A stretch of 64,000 nt of DNA from a bacterium (GTDB taxonomy: Bacteria > RBG-13-61-14 > DATKZS01). The stretch lies in assembly GCA_963674965.2 (NCBI GenBank), contig CAXXFL010000001.1:928001-992000 (forward strand). Direction: 5' to 3'. Positions 9,656 to 18,147 of this stretch are shown piece by piece. A program made the position numbers and the translations under genes. A model generated the notes under the pieces. The model worked only from the letters and a program-made list of their open reading frames with translations. It was not told the DNA's origin and did not search any database. Numbering within the stretch: the stretch's first letter is position 1; the number at the start of each line of letters is the position of its first letter.

Positions 9656-10813
9656 TCAAGAGGCCGGGCCTTTATAAAGGCCCTTCTTCACTCCCTCGGT
9701 TGGTTTAAAGATTTCCTTATTAAACCTTCGAGCCAGGTTCTCGAGCCTGGCGGCCAGGTCCTCGGGCCTCATGCCCCTCGCCAGAGCCATCGGTCCCATG
9801 AGCGCGCCCGTGCCGTTTACCAGCACCTTGTCCACGTCCTCGATGGAACAGACGCCTTCACCGACTATTTTCGTCGCCTCGTTCACCTGGACCGCGATAA
9901 GGTCCATGGGATCGACCTTGCTCGTGGCGCGATCGAGGCGAATGGCGGGCCGGCCGGCCGACCAGTCGAATATTCCCCGCCCGGTCTTCTTGCCCAACTC
10001 TCCCTTTTCGTACTTGCTCGTCAGGACCTTGCCCGGCGCGAAATCGGGATGCACGGCCTGGGCGAAGTATCTCGAGGCGTTGTAATTCACGTCCAGGCCC
10101 GTGTAGTCCATGGTCTCGTACGGTCCCATGGGCATGCCGATCTTGCGCAGGGCCGCGTCCACCTCCTCCGGCTCGATCTCGCCCGAGTCGAGGATGGCCG
10201 ATAAAAGGACCACGCTGGGGGCCTGCACCCGGTTGGCGATGAAACCGGGCACGTCCTTTTCCACGCGGACGGGGACCTTGCCCGTCTTCTCGCAATAGGC
10301 CACGCCGGCCGCCATGGTTTCCTCCGCCGTGTCCGCTCCCTTTATGACCTCGACCGCCTTCATGAGTACCGCCGGATTGAAGTAATGGACGCCGAGGAAG
10401 CGAGTTGGCCTCGAGGTTGCCCGGCCCAACTCGGTCACGCTCATGGTCGAGGTGTTGGTGGCCAGGAGGCAATGAGGTCGGACAATTTTATCGACCTGGG
10501 CGAAGATTTTTTTCTTCAGGTCCATGACCTCGGGGGCCGCCTCGATGACGAGGTCCGCCTTCTCGACGGTCCTGGCCAGGTCGTCGGAAAAGGCCAAAAG
10601 GCCGTCCTTGACGCGACCGGGCAGGTCCGCCGGGACCCTATTCTTCGCGGCCAGCTTCTCGAGGCTGTCCTGGATTCTTTTCGCCCCTTGGCCGACTATC
10701 TCCGCGCTCACGTCGTACATGAAGGTCTTGAACCCGGCGATAAGCGCGACCTCGGCTATCCCGTGTCCCATGTCTCCCGCGCCGAGCACGGCTACGGTCT
10801 TTATTTCATCCAT
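9656..10813 (-). CDS. 3-hydroxyacyl-CoA dehydrogenase
   Basis: GAGDMGHGIA Rossmann motif, EAAPE, TNTST, HYFNP, PGFIANR, PMGP, GKKTGRG. Confidence 0.93.
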   Translation of the reverse strand: MDEIKTVAVLGAGDMGHGIAEVALIAGFKTFMYDVSAEIVGQGAKRIQDSLEKLAAKNRVPADLPGRVKDGLLAFSDDLARTVEKADLVIEAAPEVMDLKKKIFAQVDKIVRPHCLLATNTSTMSVTELGRATSRPTRFLGVHYFNPAVLMKAVEVIKGADTAEETMAAGVAYCEKTGKVPVRVEKDVPGFIANRVQAPSVVLLSAILDSGEIEPEEVDAALRKIGMPMGPYETMDYTGLDVNYNASRYFAQAVHPDFAPGKVLTSKYEKGELGKKTGRGIFDWSAGRPAIRLDRATSKVDPMDLIAVQVNEATKIVGEGVCSIEDVDKVLVNGTGALMGPMALARGMRPEDLAARLENLARRFNKEIFKPTEGVKKGLYKGPAS

Positions 10814-10850
10814 ATTATTGTCCGCCTTTGGCCTACGGTTGAATTAAACC

Positions 10851-12557
10851 TTATAAGCCCAGCTTCATCTTCAGCTCGCTGATCCGTTCTTGGAGCTCCT
10901 CGGCGGAATAGTCTCGGAACTTCTCCGGCAGAAGGCGCTTCGAGCTTCCCTCGAAGGCGGCGAGCAGCTCCATGAACTCGATGTTGAGCTGGTTGCGGGA
11001 GGGTATGAAGTCGGCCAGTGCCGCCTCCATTTCCTTCTTCTCGATGACGTCCTTGCCTTCCTCCGCGGCCAGCCGGTCGGCCGTCACCAGGAGCCCCTCC
11101 AGGTCCGCGCCGGAAAAGCCCTCGGTCCGCTCGGCCACCTCGTTGATATCGACTCCCCGCACGGCGAAGCCGTCCTTTTTGGCCAGCACCGCCAGTATCT
11201 CGACCCGCTCGCGGGGAAGACGCGGATAGAACATGGGTATCTTGAGGTCCAGCCTGCCGGGCCTTTTAAGGTCCACGTCCAGCTTGTCCGGCCGGTTGGT
11301 CAGGATCATAAACACGATCCGGCCACGGTGCCCGCCGTCGCTCATGAACTCCTTGAGACGGGCGATGACCCTGCTCTCGGTCCCCGAGTCACTGTCGTTC
11401 TTGTCCGAGCCCAGGTTGCGGTCGGCCTCGTCGATGATGACCAGCACGTAGCCCAGGGCCTGGACGATCGCGAGAATCCTCTCGAGGTTGGCCTCGGTCG
11501 AGCCCACCCACTTCTCGCGGAAGCTCTTCATCTTCACGCAGGTAAGGCCGCTTTCCTTGGCGAAGGCCTCGGCCAGAAAGGTCTTGCCCGTGCCCATGGG
11601 ACCCACCAGCAAAATGCCCATGGGAGCGCGACGCTTCTGGCCCTTTCTGATCGAGGCGGCCACGCCCTCCAGGATTTTCTTGATCTCGTCCATGCCGCCC
11701 ACCGAGTCGAAACCGTGTCGCGGATCGATGACCTCGACCAGGCCCATGCACTCGCGCTCGATCACTTCCTTTCTTTTTCTGGCCACCCCGTCCATGGTCA
11801 CGATGTCGATGGACTCGGAGGCGTGCTTGAAAATGGACTCGATCTGGTTGCGCGAGAGTCCGGCCGTCTGGTCGGCCAGTTGCTCGTGGGACATGCCGGT
11901 CAGCAGGTACTTTTGCGCCGCGTGCTTTATAAAGGCCAGCCTTTCCTCTCGGTCGGGCAGTCCCACCTCGATGAGCATGAGCTGGGGCGAGCTGCGGATG
12001 GACTTGTTTACCTCCATCACGTTCTCGGCGACCATGACGACGATATTGTCCGAGGTGACGAGGCCCGGGTCGCGGGACCAGTCCTGGATGGCCACGATAC
12101 AGGCGCGGTCGTCCTGGGACAGGTATCCCATTTCTCCCTCCGGCGCCAGGGTCTCGAGGAACTCGATCACCGCGGCCGACCCGTGGGGCTGGCTGGTCAC
12201 CAGCTCTCCCAGCATGGCCATGACCTTGGAGGGAAGGCTGGGAATAACGCCGCTCCACTCGGCCTCTCCCTTGACGCGGCGGACCATGGTCATGCGGTGC
12301 AGAAAAATATCCCGCATTTCCTTCCTGGCGAAATAAAGACCGTCGCTGATGTTGTAAAAGGCCACTATTTCCTTGGTCCGGATCAGAAGGCGGGTGATGA
12401 AGTCCATCATGGTGATGAACTCGAGCTTGGTCCCCTCCTGCCACCTGACCAGGTCGCCCACGTTCGAATATAAAAGGAACTGGCTGGCCTCGCCCGAAAG
12501 ATAACCCTGCCGCAGCTTCTCCGCCCAGGCGGGAAGTTTCAAATCGGTTTTTTCCAT
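10851..12557 (-). CDS. AAA+ ATPase (Ycf46/classic-AAA-like, degenerate N-terminal module)
   Basis: Walker A GPMGTGKT, Walker [33 protein letters not shown]. Start set at MEKTDLK. Confidence 0.85.
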   Translation of the reverse strand: MEKTDLKLPAWAEKLRQGYLSGEASQFLLYSNVGDLVRWQEGTKLEFITMMDFITRLLIRTKEIVAFYNISDGLYFARKEMRDIFLHRMTMVRRVKGEAEWSGVIPSLPSKVMAMLGELVTSQPHGSAAVIEFLETLAPEGEMGYLSQDDRACIVAIQDWSRDPGLVTSDNIVVMVAENVMEVNKSIRSSPQLMLIEVGLPDREERLAFIKHAAQKYLLTGMSHEQLADQTAGLSRNQIESIFKHASESIDIVTMDGVARKRKEVIERECMGLVEVIDPRHGFDSVGGMDEIKKILEGVAASIRKGQKRRAPMGILLVGPMGTGKTFLAEAFAKESGLTCVKMKSFREKWVGSTEANLERILAIVQALGYVLVIIDEADRNLGSDKNDSDSGTESRVIARLKEFMSDGGHRGRIVFMILTNRPDKLDVDLKRPGRLDLKIPMFYPRLPRERVEILAVLAKKDGFAVRGVDINEVAERTEGFSGADLEGLLVTADRLAAEEGKDVIEKKEMEAALADFIPSRNQLNIEFMELLAAFEGSSKRLLPEKFRDYSAEELQERISELKMKLGL

Positions 12558-12797
12558 GGAAATTATTCTACATGAAACGGGTGGAGGGTAAAGAAGAAAA
12601 ACAAAAAAAAGAGAAAGCAAAGGGACCGGACGACCTTGTTGCGTGAGAGGGATTTATATTTGGCTCCATCGCCGGCCCGGGTTAAGGCCGCCGCGAATCA
12701 TTTTGGCCGTCCGGTCCCAAGGCTTTCCTATATATCCGCTACATTGCACCTCCTTTCATTGAAATAACTCGGACTATCTTTCCATGTCGGCGGTGAG

Positions 12798-12989
12798 CTA
12801 GCGGCAGCGTGAATCGCACCTCGCGTAACAGTCGTAGCCGCAGGGATTGCAGTGATCGCACTCGATATAGCAGTTGCTGCAGAATGAATCGTCGTCGTCG
12901 TCATCCACGTCGATGAAACAGCCGGCGCCAAGGCCCACCGTCGCCGCTATCATTATGACAAGAGTGATCCTTTTAATTAGACCCCTCAT
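12798..12989 (-). CDS. Small Cys-rich lipoprotein with poly-Asp linker (63 aa)
   Basis: AAGGAGG RBS, basic N-terminus plus hydrophobic stretch, lipobox LGAGC, DDDDDD, then 8 Cys in 27 aa. Confidence 0.75.
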   Translation of the reverse strand: MRGLIKRITLVIMIAATVGLGAGCFIDVDDDDDDSFCSNCYIECDHCNPCGYDCYARCDSRCR

Positions 12990-13244
12990 GATGCCCTCCT
13001 TCATTTCCCGAAAAGATTGAAGCGCGAGGGAGCAAAAAATGAATCGCTTTCACGTCCGAGCATAGCCATTCGCTTATACGGCCCGAGCTTGGAATAATTC
13101 GCGACCGACGATTGGCCCTTGCATGTAGCCGCGATTATTGAACCGTTACGAAAGCGTCCCATGTTTTTACTCCCTCGCCTTGTTGTCGTTTCCATATCCC
13201 ATTTGCCTTCTTTCAGTCGCGCGCGAGATACGACCCCTTTAAAA

Positions 13245-13259
13245 GCAAGGTCGGCGCCA
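13245..13259 (-). promoter_or_regulatory. sigma54 (-24/-12) promoter, copy 1
   Basis: Minus strand reads TGGCGC-CGACC-TTGC, matching the TGGCAC-N5-TTGC spacing. Confidence 0.6.
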
Positions 13260-13600
13260 ATATATCGGGAGCACATGGACGACGCCGACTACGCCGGTCC
13301 CGCGGGGCTGGACGCCAAAAGATTTTCCCCGTTTTCAGCGAGGTTTAGCGGCGCGTGTGATTAGAGTGTTTTCTTTCAGGGACCAATCGTGACAATCGCC
13401 TGGAGTAAAACATCGCAAGATTTTGCGGCTTGCCTGGCAGTGGAATAATTACAACATCCCTTGCGCCCGTGTACTGGAAAAGCCACAGGGGGCCAAGATC
13501 GTCAAAATATAATCATTATAAATATCAGTCGGATAGAGCGCAACTATCCCTTTCGCCGCGCGGAAAAAAGCTGGCCTCGCGGAGACGGTATCCTTATAAG

Positions 13601-13615
13601 GCAAGAGGGGCGCCA
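13601..13615 (-). promoter_or_regulatory. sigma54 (-24/-12) promoter, copy 2
   Basis: Minus strand reads TGGCGC-CCCTC-TTGC and shares flanking sequence with copy 1. Confidence 0.5.
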
Positions 13616-13742
13616 AAATATCGGGGACCTGTATTTATCTGGCCGGCCATTACTGCTATATTCTTTATACTTGCAGTTCGGATTTTCCGGCGTCGTATCG
13701 AGCCTTGGACCGCGTATAATATTGTCCCAAGAGATGGAGGAA

Positions 13743-14381
13743 ATGATGAGAAAAACCTCGATGGCGTCCCTGATTTTGATTGCCCTTGGTCTGTCCGTAA
13801 TTCCGGCGGTGGCCGGCGCCGCGCCGCGAGTTTGGGCCAGAGTCCTGGATATTGAGGGAGAACTCTGGATCGCCGAAAAGCCCGCCTCGGTGGGCTCGAC
13901 GGGCCGGATAGGAGACGAGGTCCGGACCGGGCCCAACTCGGCGGCCACTATCAAGCTGCGGGACGACTCGGTATTGCTCCTTCGCTCGAACACCAGGCTT
14001 ACACTATCGGAAAAGGAGGAGCCGGGAACTCTTGATCTTTTAATCGGCGCCGTCCTGGCGGTGTTCAGCGAGGGACCGCATACCATCAACACGCCCACCA
14101 CGGTCACGGGCGTACGCGGCACGGGCCTTTACCTGATGGTCGAGTCTCCCACCACGACCTACGCCTGCGTCTGCTTTGGCACGGTGGATTTCCACGCCAA
14201 GGCCGATCCGTCGGTCAAGACCACCTTGATGGCGGACCATCACAAGGCCATCCGAATGAGCGAGAAAGACGGCCAGGCCTTAATCGAGGAGGCTGGCATG
14301 GAGGGACACGGCGACGATGAGGTCGAGCGCCTCAAGGGCCTTCTCGATGAGCCTTTCAAAAAATGGACTTGGCGCAAATAA
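13743..14381 (+). CDS. Secreted FecR-domain protein
   Basis: Signal peptide after a GGAGG RBS; GDEVRTGPNS...L.D.S.L.L.SNT and TPTTVTGVRGT FecR motifs. Confidence 0.8.
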   Translation: MMRKTSMASLILIALGLSVIPAVAGAAPRVWARVLDIEGELWIAEKPASVGSTGRIGDEVRTGPNSAATIKLRDDSVLLLRSNTRLTLSEKEEPGTLDLLIGAVLAVFSEGPHTINTPTTVTGVRGTGLYLMVESPTTTYACVCFGTVDFHAKADPSVKTTLMADHHKAIRMSEKDGQALIEEAGMEGHGDDEVERLKGLLDEPFKKWTWRK

Positions 14382-14403
14382 TTTTTCGGTCATGGAGTAG
14401 TTA

Positions 14404-15630
14404 ATGGAGTTCTATAAGGAGTTCGATAAAGATAAGTGCACCTTGTGCGGGCTTTGTCTTCACGAGTGTCCGGTCATGCGCCTCCCGCTCGAGGAGGCCA
14501 AGGCCCAAATGGAGCGACTTGTAAGGGGGGAGGACGCGAGGTCCGTCTTGACTCGTTGCGAGAGCTGCTTCACTTGCGACTACGTATGTCCCGAGAACGC
14601 TCATCCCGCGGGCCTTTTCCTGAGGCGCTGGGAGGAAGCGTACAAGAACGGGGGTCTTCCTCGTCGGGCCAAATACTTCCTGCCTCTAAGCGTGCCGAAT
14701 TTTCGCACTTTCGCCATCGACCGCCTTCCCGAAAATGAGCGCTCGATGCTTCGGAGCTGGCTTGACGAGTCCCCGGCCGAGGAGATATTTTATCCGGGCT
14801 GCAACTGGATCACCGCTCCATATTTGGCCAAGTCGAGGCTTCTGGAGGGCTACACCATTCGGGGCTCCCTGGCCTACTGCTGCGGCGAGATGTACTTTCG
14901 CATGGGCCTTCACGACCAGCTACGCAAGCTCAGCGCCCGCCTCAAGGCCTGGCTGGGAAGAATGGGCGTTAAACGGATGGTCATTCCCTGCACGGCGGGC
15001 AATAACCTTTTCACCAACGTGCTTCCCCGGTTCGGTTTCGATTATCCCCTCGAGGTCGAGCACCTTCTTCCCATCCTGCAAAGAAGGATCGAGAGCGGCG
15101 ACATCAAAATCGAGAAGAAACTCGACATGACCGTAACCATCCAGGAGTCCTGTCACGCCAAGGCCCTGGGGCCGGAATTCATGGACCTTCCCCGGACCAT
15201 CCTCGCCAGGCTGGGAGTCGAGATCATCGAGGAGGAAAGAAGCCGCGACAAGATGATTTGCTGCGGCATCGGCGGCGGCTTCAGTCACCCTTCCTCCTAC
15301 AACCCCGCGCGGCTCACCTTTTCCACCTGGCGAGCGCTGGGAGAAGCAAGGCGAACGGGCGCCCAGGCCATCGCCACCTATTGCGCCGGGTGCGCGCAGA
15401 TGCTGACCACCGGCCAGATCACCAACCCCTTTAACCGCATGCCCGTCTATCACGTCTTCGAGCTTGTCCGCATGGCCGCGGGGGAGGAAACCATCTCACG
15501 TTCGGAGAAGCTTAAAAGGGCGGCATATTTCCTGGCCGGAGTCACCGGGCGGCAGGGACCGGCGCTCCTGGACCCCCGGCGCTTTCGGCTCGACGAGGTA
15601 CCCGAGGTCTTGGAAAGCTTGAAGTATTGA
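14404..15630 (+). CDS. Fe-S oxidoreductase with CCG domains (HdrD/GlcF-like)
   Basis: Two CxxCxxCxxxCP motifs, YPGC, CCG (x2), ESCH, CAGC. Confidence 0.85.
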   Translation: MEFYKEFDKDKCTLCGLCLHECPVMRLPLEEAKAQMERLVRGEDARSVLTRCESCFTCDYVCPENAHPAGLFLRRWEEAYKNGGLPRRAKYFLPLSVPNFRTFAIDRLPENERSMLRSWLDESPAEEIFYPGCNWITAPYLAKSRLLEGYTIRGSLAYCCGEMYFRMGLHDQLRKLSARLKAWLGRMGVKRMVIPCTAGNNLFTNVLPRFGFDYPLEVEHLLPILQRRIESGDIKIEKKLDMTVTIQESCHAKALGPEFMDLPRTILARLGVEIIEEERSRDKMICCGIGGGFSHPSSYNPARLTFSTWRALGEARRTGAQAIATYCAGCAQMLTTGQITNPFNRMPVYHVFELVRMAAGEETISRSEKLKRAAYFLAGVTGRQGPALLDPRRFRLDEVPEVLESLKY

Positions 15631-15636
15631 CCGCGG

Positions 15637-16455
15637 CTACATGCCGGCCTCGAGAAAACTGAGCACGAACCTGGACGAGGCGTAGGCGAAGACCAGGCCG
15701 AAGGCCAGCTTGAGGGCGGCGGAGGAAAAGCGGCGGTTAAGGGACGCTCCCAGGTTCGATCCGATGAGCGTTCCCAGGCAGATGGGTAGGGCTATCTTAA
15801 GGTCGATGTACCCTTGCCCGAGCTTGAAGCCCGAGCTGATGAAGGCGTTGATCGAGAAGCAGGCGAGTGACGACGCCATGGCCGCCTTGACCGGGGCCTG
15901 GAGCGCGTAGGTAAAGGCCGGCACCAGGACCGCGCCCGTTCCTATGCCCAAAAGGCCCGGGAATATCCCCGCCAGAAAACCGATGGAAGCCTTCCTTGAA
16001 ACGGAGCCGCCGATCGCGGACCCCGGGGCCTCGTCCTCCTCGCGCCTCGCGAATCCCGGAAGCCCCTCGATAATCATGCGCAGCGAGATGAGGGACAAGA
16101 CCAGGCCCACCGCCAGGTCCAACCAGGCCTCGCGCCCGGAGAAGTAATCGAACAGGAGCGAAAAAAGTACCGTGGCCAAGGCGCCGGAAATTATAGTGGG
16201 AGCGATCGAGCGCCAGTTGACTCCTCCCATCTTGTGATGACGCCATGTCCCGCCCAGGGTGGTGAAGAACACGGCCAGGACGCAGGTCCCGGCGGCGCGG
16301 GTGGGAGGAAGGTCGGCCACGAACCTAAGGAGGGGCATGAGCACCACGCCGCCGCCGATTCCCATTAGCCCGCCCATGGACCCGGCCATAAAGCCGCCCG
16401 CCAGGAGCGCGAGCAGGGCAAGTAGGAGACCTATTTCATGTCCCTGGATTGTCAA
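15637..16455 (-). CDS. TauE/SafE (TSUP) family membrane transporter
   Basis: GLMGIGGGVVLMP and GLLGIGTGAVLVP repeats, about 8 TMs. Confidence 0.88.
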   Translation of the reverse strand: MTIQGHEIGLLLALLALLAGGFMAGSMGGLMGIGGGVVLMPLLRFVADLPPTRAAGTCVLAVFFTTLGGTWRHHKMGGVNWRSIAPTIISGALATVLFSLLFDYFSGREAWLDLAVGLVLSLISLRMIIEGLPGFARREEDEAPGSAIGGSVSRKASIGFLAGIFPGLLGIGTGAVLVPAFTYALQAPVKAAMASSLACFSINAFISSGFKLGQGYIDLKIALPICLGTLIGSNLGASLNRRFSSAALKLAFGLVFAYASSRFVLSFLEAGM

Positions 16456-16799
16456 CCCTCGGCCACCTTTCGCCTGAACTTCTCGAACTCCTCGTCGTTT
16501 ATCCGCCGGATTCGTTTTTCGAGTTTCCCGTATTCGGCCAGGAACTTCTCGCCGTAGGGAGTCAGCTCGGCCCCTCCCCTTTCGTTTCCGCCCCTTCGGC
16601 GGATGACGATCTTTTGGCCGGAATTTTTCTCGAGCTGGTTTAAAAGCTTCAGGGCCTTGACGTAGGAGAGGTTCATGGCGGCGGCGGCGCGGTTTATGGA
16701 CCTTAGTTCTCGGATGTTCTCGAGGAGCCTCTTGGGGCCGGGACCCATGTATGGTTGTCCGTCGTCGTTGACGATGTTAATTTTGGTCCTTATTTCCAC
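16452..16799 (-). CDS. modE: ModE N-terminal-type winged-helix regulator (no molybdate-binding domains)
   Basis: MGPG..RLLENI.E.RSINRAAAAMNLSYVKA..L...LE...G..IV.RRRGG..RGGA.LTPYG. GTG start at 16799. Confidence 0.8.
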   Translation of the reverse strand: MEIRTKINIVNDDGQPYMGPGPKRLLENIRELRSINRAAAAMNLSYVKALKLLNQLEKNSGQKIVIRRRGGNERGGAELTPYGEKFLAEYGKLEKRIRRINDEEFEKFRRKVAEG

Positions 16800-16801
16800 G
16801 C

Positions 16802-16825
16802 CGATATATATACCAGTAAACAACG
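16802..16825. promoter_or_regulatory. ModE-box-like operator
   Basis: CGATATATA-TACCAG-TAAACAACG vs consensus CGTTATATA-N6-TATATAACG, abutting the modE start. Confidence 0.6.
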
Positions 16826-16874
16826 GAAAAAGCCAGTCGCGCTCCACTGTAAAGGAAAAGAGCCGGCTTATGGA

Positions 16875-18134
16875 CTACAGCGTCCGAAGGGCCTCGGTGG
16901 GAGACAATATGGCGGCCTTTCGCGCCGGCCACAACGAGGCCAGGGCCGACATGAAGAGTCCGAAGCAAAAGGCCAGGGGCAGCGACTTCCAGACGAACTC
17001 GACTTGCAGTGTTTCCCCGATGGGCACGGGCATCTGGGAGGAAAGGTCGCCTATGGGTATGCCGGTAAGGGACAAGACATAGCTGATGGCCGCGCCCAGG
17101 ACCACTCCCGCCAGTCCGCCCACTACTCCTATGGACACGGACTCGGCCAGGACCATGGCCATGATCTCTCGGCCCTTCATGCCCATGGACATGAGCATGC
17201 CTATCTCCCGGGTCCTTTCCATGACCGACATCAACATGGTATTGACGATGGTGCTGGCCGAGATGAGGAACAACACGCCGCCGATGACCATGATGGCCGC
17301 GTACATGGTCTGGATCATCTGGTACAGGAACCCCTGGGACTGCCAGGGCAGGACCTCAATCCCGTCGCCCATGCCCGCGGACCCGGCGTCCTTTTTTATC
17401 ACGCCCGCGGCCGCGATGGAATCATTCCTGTCCCTGAGCATGATAATGATCTCGGTGGCCATGTCGTCGGCGTCCATGTCAGCCGCGTACTGGGCATCCT
17501 CGAACTTGACCAGCATGGTCTTGTCGTCCATTAGCGAGTAACCGAACCGGAAGACGCCCACTACCGTGAAGGTCATGGGTATGCCTCGCGGCGCCAGAAT
17601 CTGAATCTTGGCCGAGCCCGGCTCGAAGACGTCGGCCTCGCCCTCGACAATGCCCAGCTTCCTGGCCAGGCCCCATCCTATAATCGCCTCCCTCGGGTCG
17701 GTCCCGAAGTATCTTCCCTTGACAACGCTCTTGTCGGCCTGCAGGATATGCCTTTCCGCCTCCGGCTCGATGCCCATCAAAAGGGGGAACTCGTCGCGCT
17801 CTCCCCTTTGGGCCATGGTGAGGAACTTGATCCTGCGTCCGGCCGCCTCGACGCCCACGCATCTCTTCACTCTTTGGACAAGTTTCGAGCTGTCGTATAA
17901 AGCCAGGTCCAACGGCATGAGCGCTTCCTTGTCCGCGTAGCCCTCGGGGTAAATCTTCACGTGGCCCGTGGTAAAGCGGGCGGCCAGATCGAGCATGTTG
18001 CCCAATATGCCCGTCAAGTAGCACTGCATGAAGATGAGCACCATGACCACCGCCATAACGGTCACCGCCGTCAGCGCCGTTCTTCTCGAGTTCCTCCAGA
18101 TATTGCGGTAGGCGATCTTGAAGATTAAGGGCAT
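16875..18134 (-). CDS. ABC transporter permease, FtsX/LolE/MacB family
   Basis: IAYRNIWRNSRRT, NTMLMSVMERTREIG, PARKAA.LSPTEALR. Confidence 0.9.
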   Translation of the reverse strand: MPLIFKIAYRNIWRNSRRTALTAVTVMAVVMVLIFMQCYLTGILGNMLDLAARFTTGHVKIYPEGYADKEALMPLDLALYDSSKLVQRVKRCVGVEAAGRRIKFLTMAQRGERDEFPLLMGIEPEAERHILQADKSVVKGRYFGTDPREAIIGWGLARKLGIVEGEADVFEPGSAKIQILAPRGIPMTFTVVGVFRFGYSLMDDKTMLVKFEDAQYAADMDADDMATEIIIMLRDRNDSIAAAGVIKKDAGSAGMGDGIEVLPWQSQGFLYQMIQTMYAAIMVIGGVLFLISASTIVNTMLMSVMERTREIGMLMSMGMKGREIMAMVLAESVSIGVVGGLAGVVLGAAISYVLSLTGIPIGDLSSQMPVPIGETLQVEFVWKSLPLAFCFGLFMSALASLWPARKAAILSPTEALRTL

Positions 18135-18147
18135 GTCCCGCTCCTTT

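Noticed and set aside
10890..12473. Long antisense and alternate-frame ORFs (e.g. 527 aa here; also 7780-9192, 47416-48957, 3307-4563)
   Set aside because: They are shadows of well-supported genes in GC-rich DNA and have no recognisable motifs.
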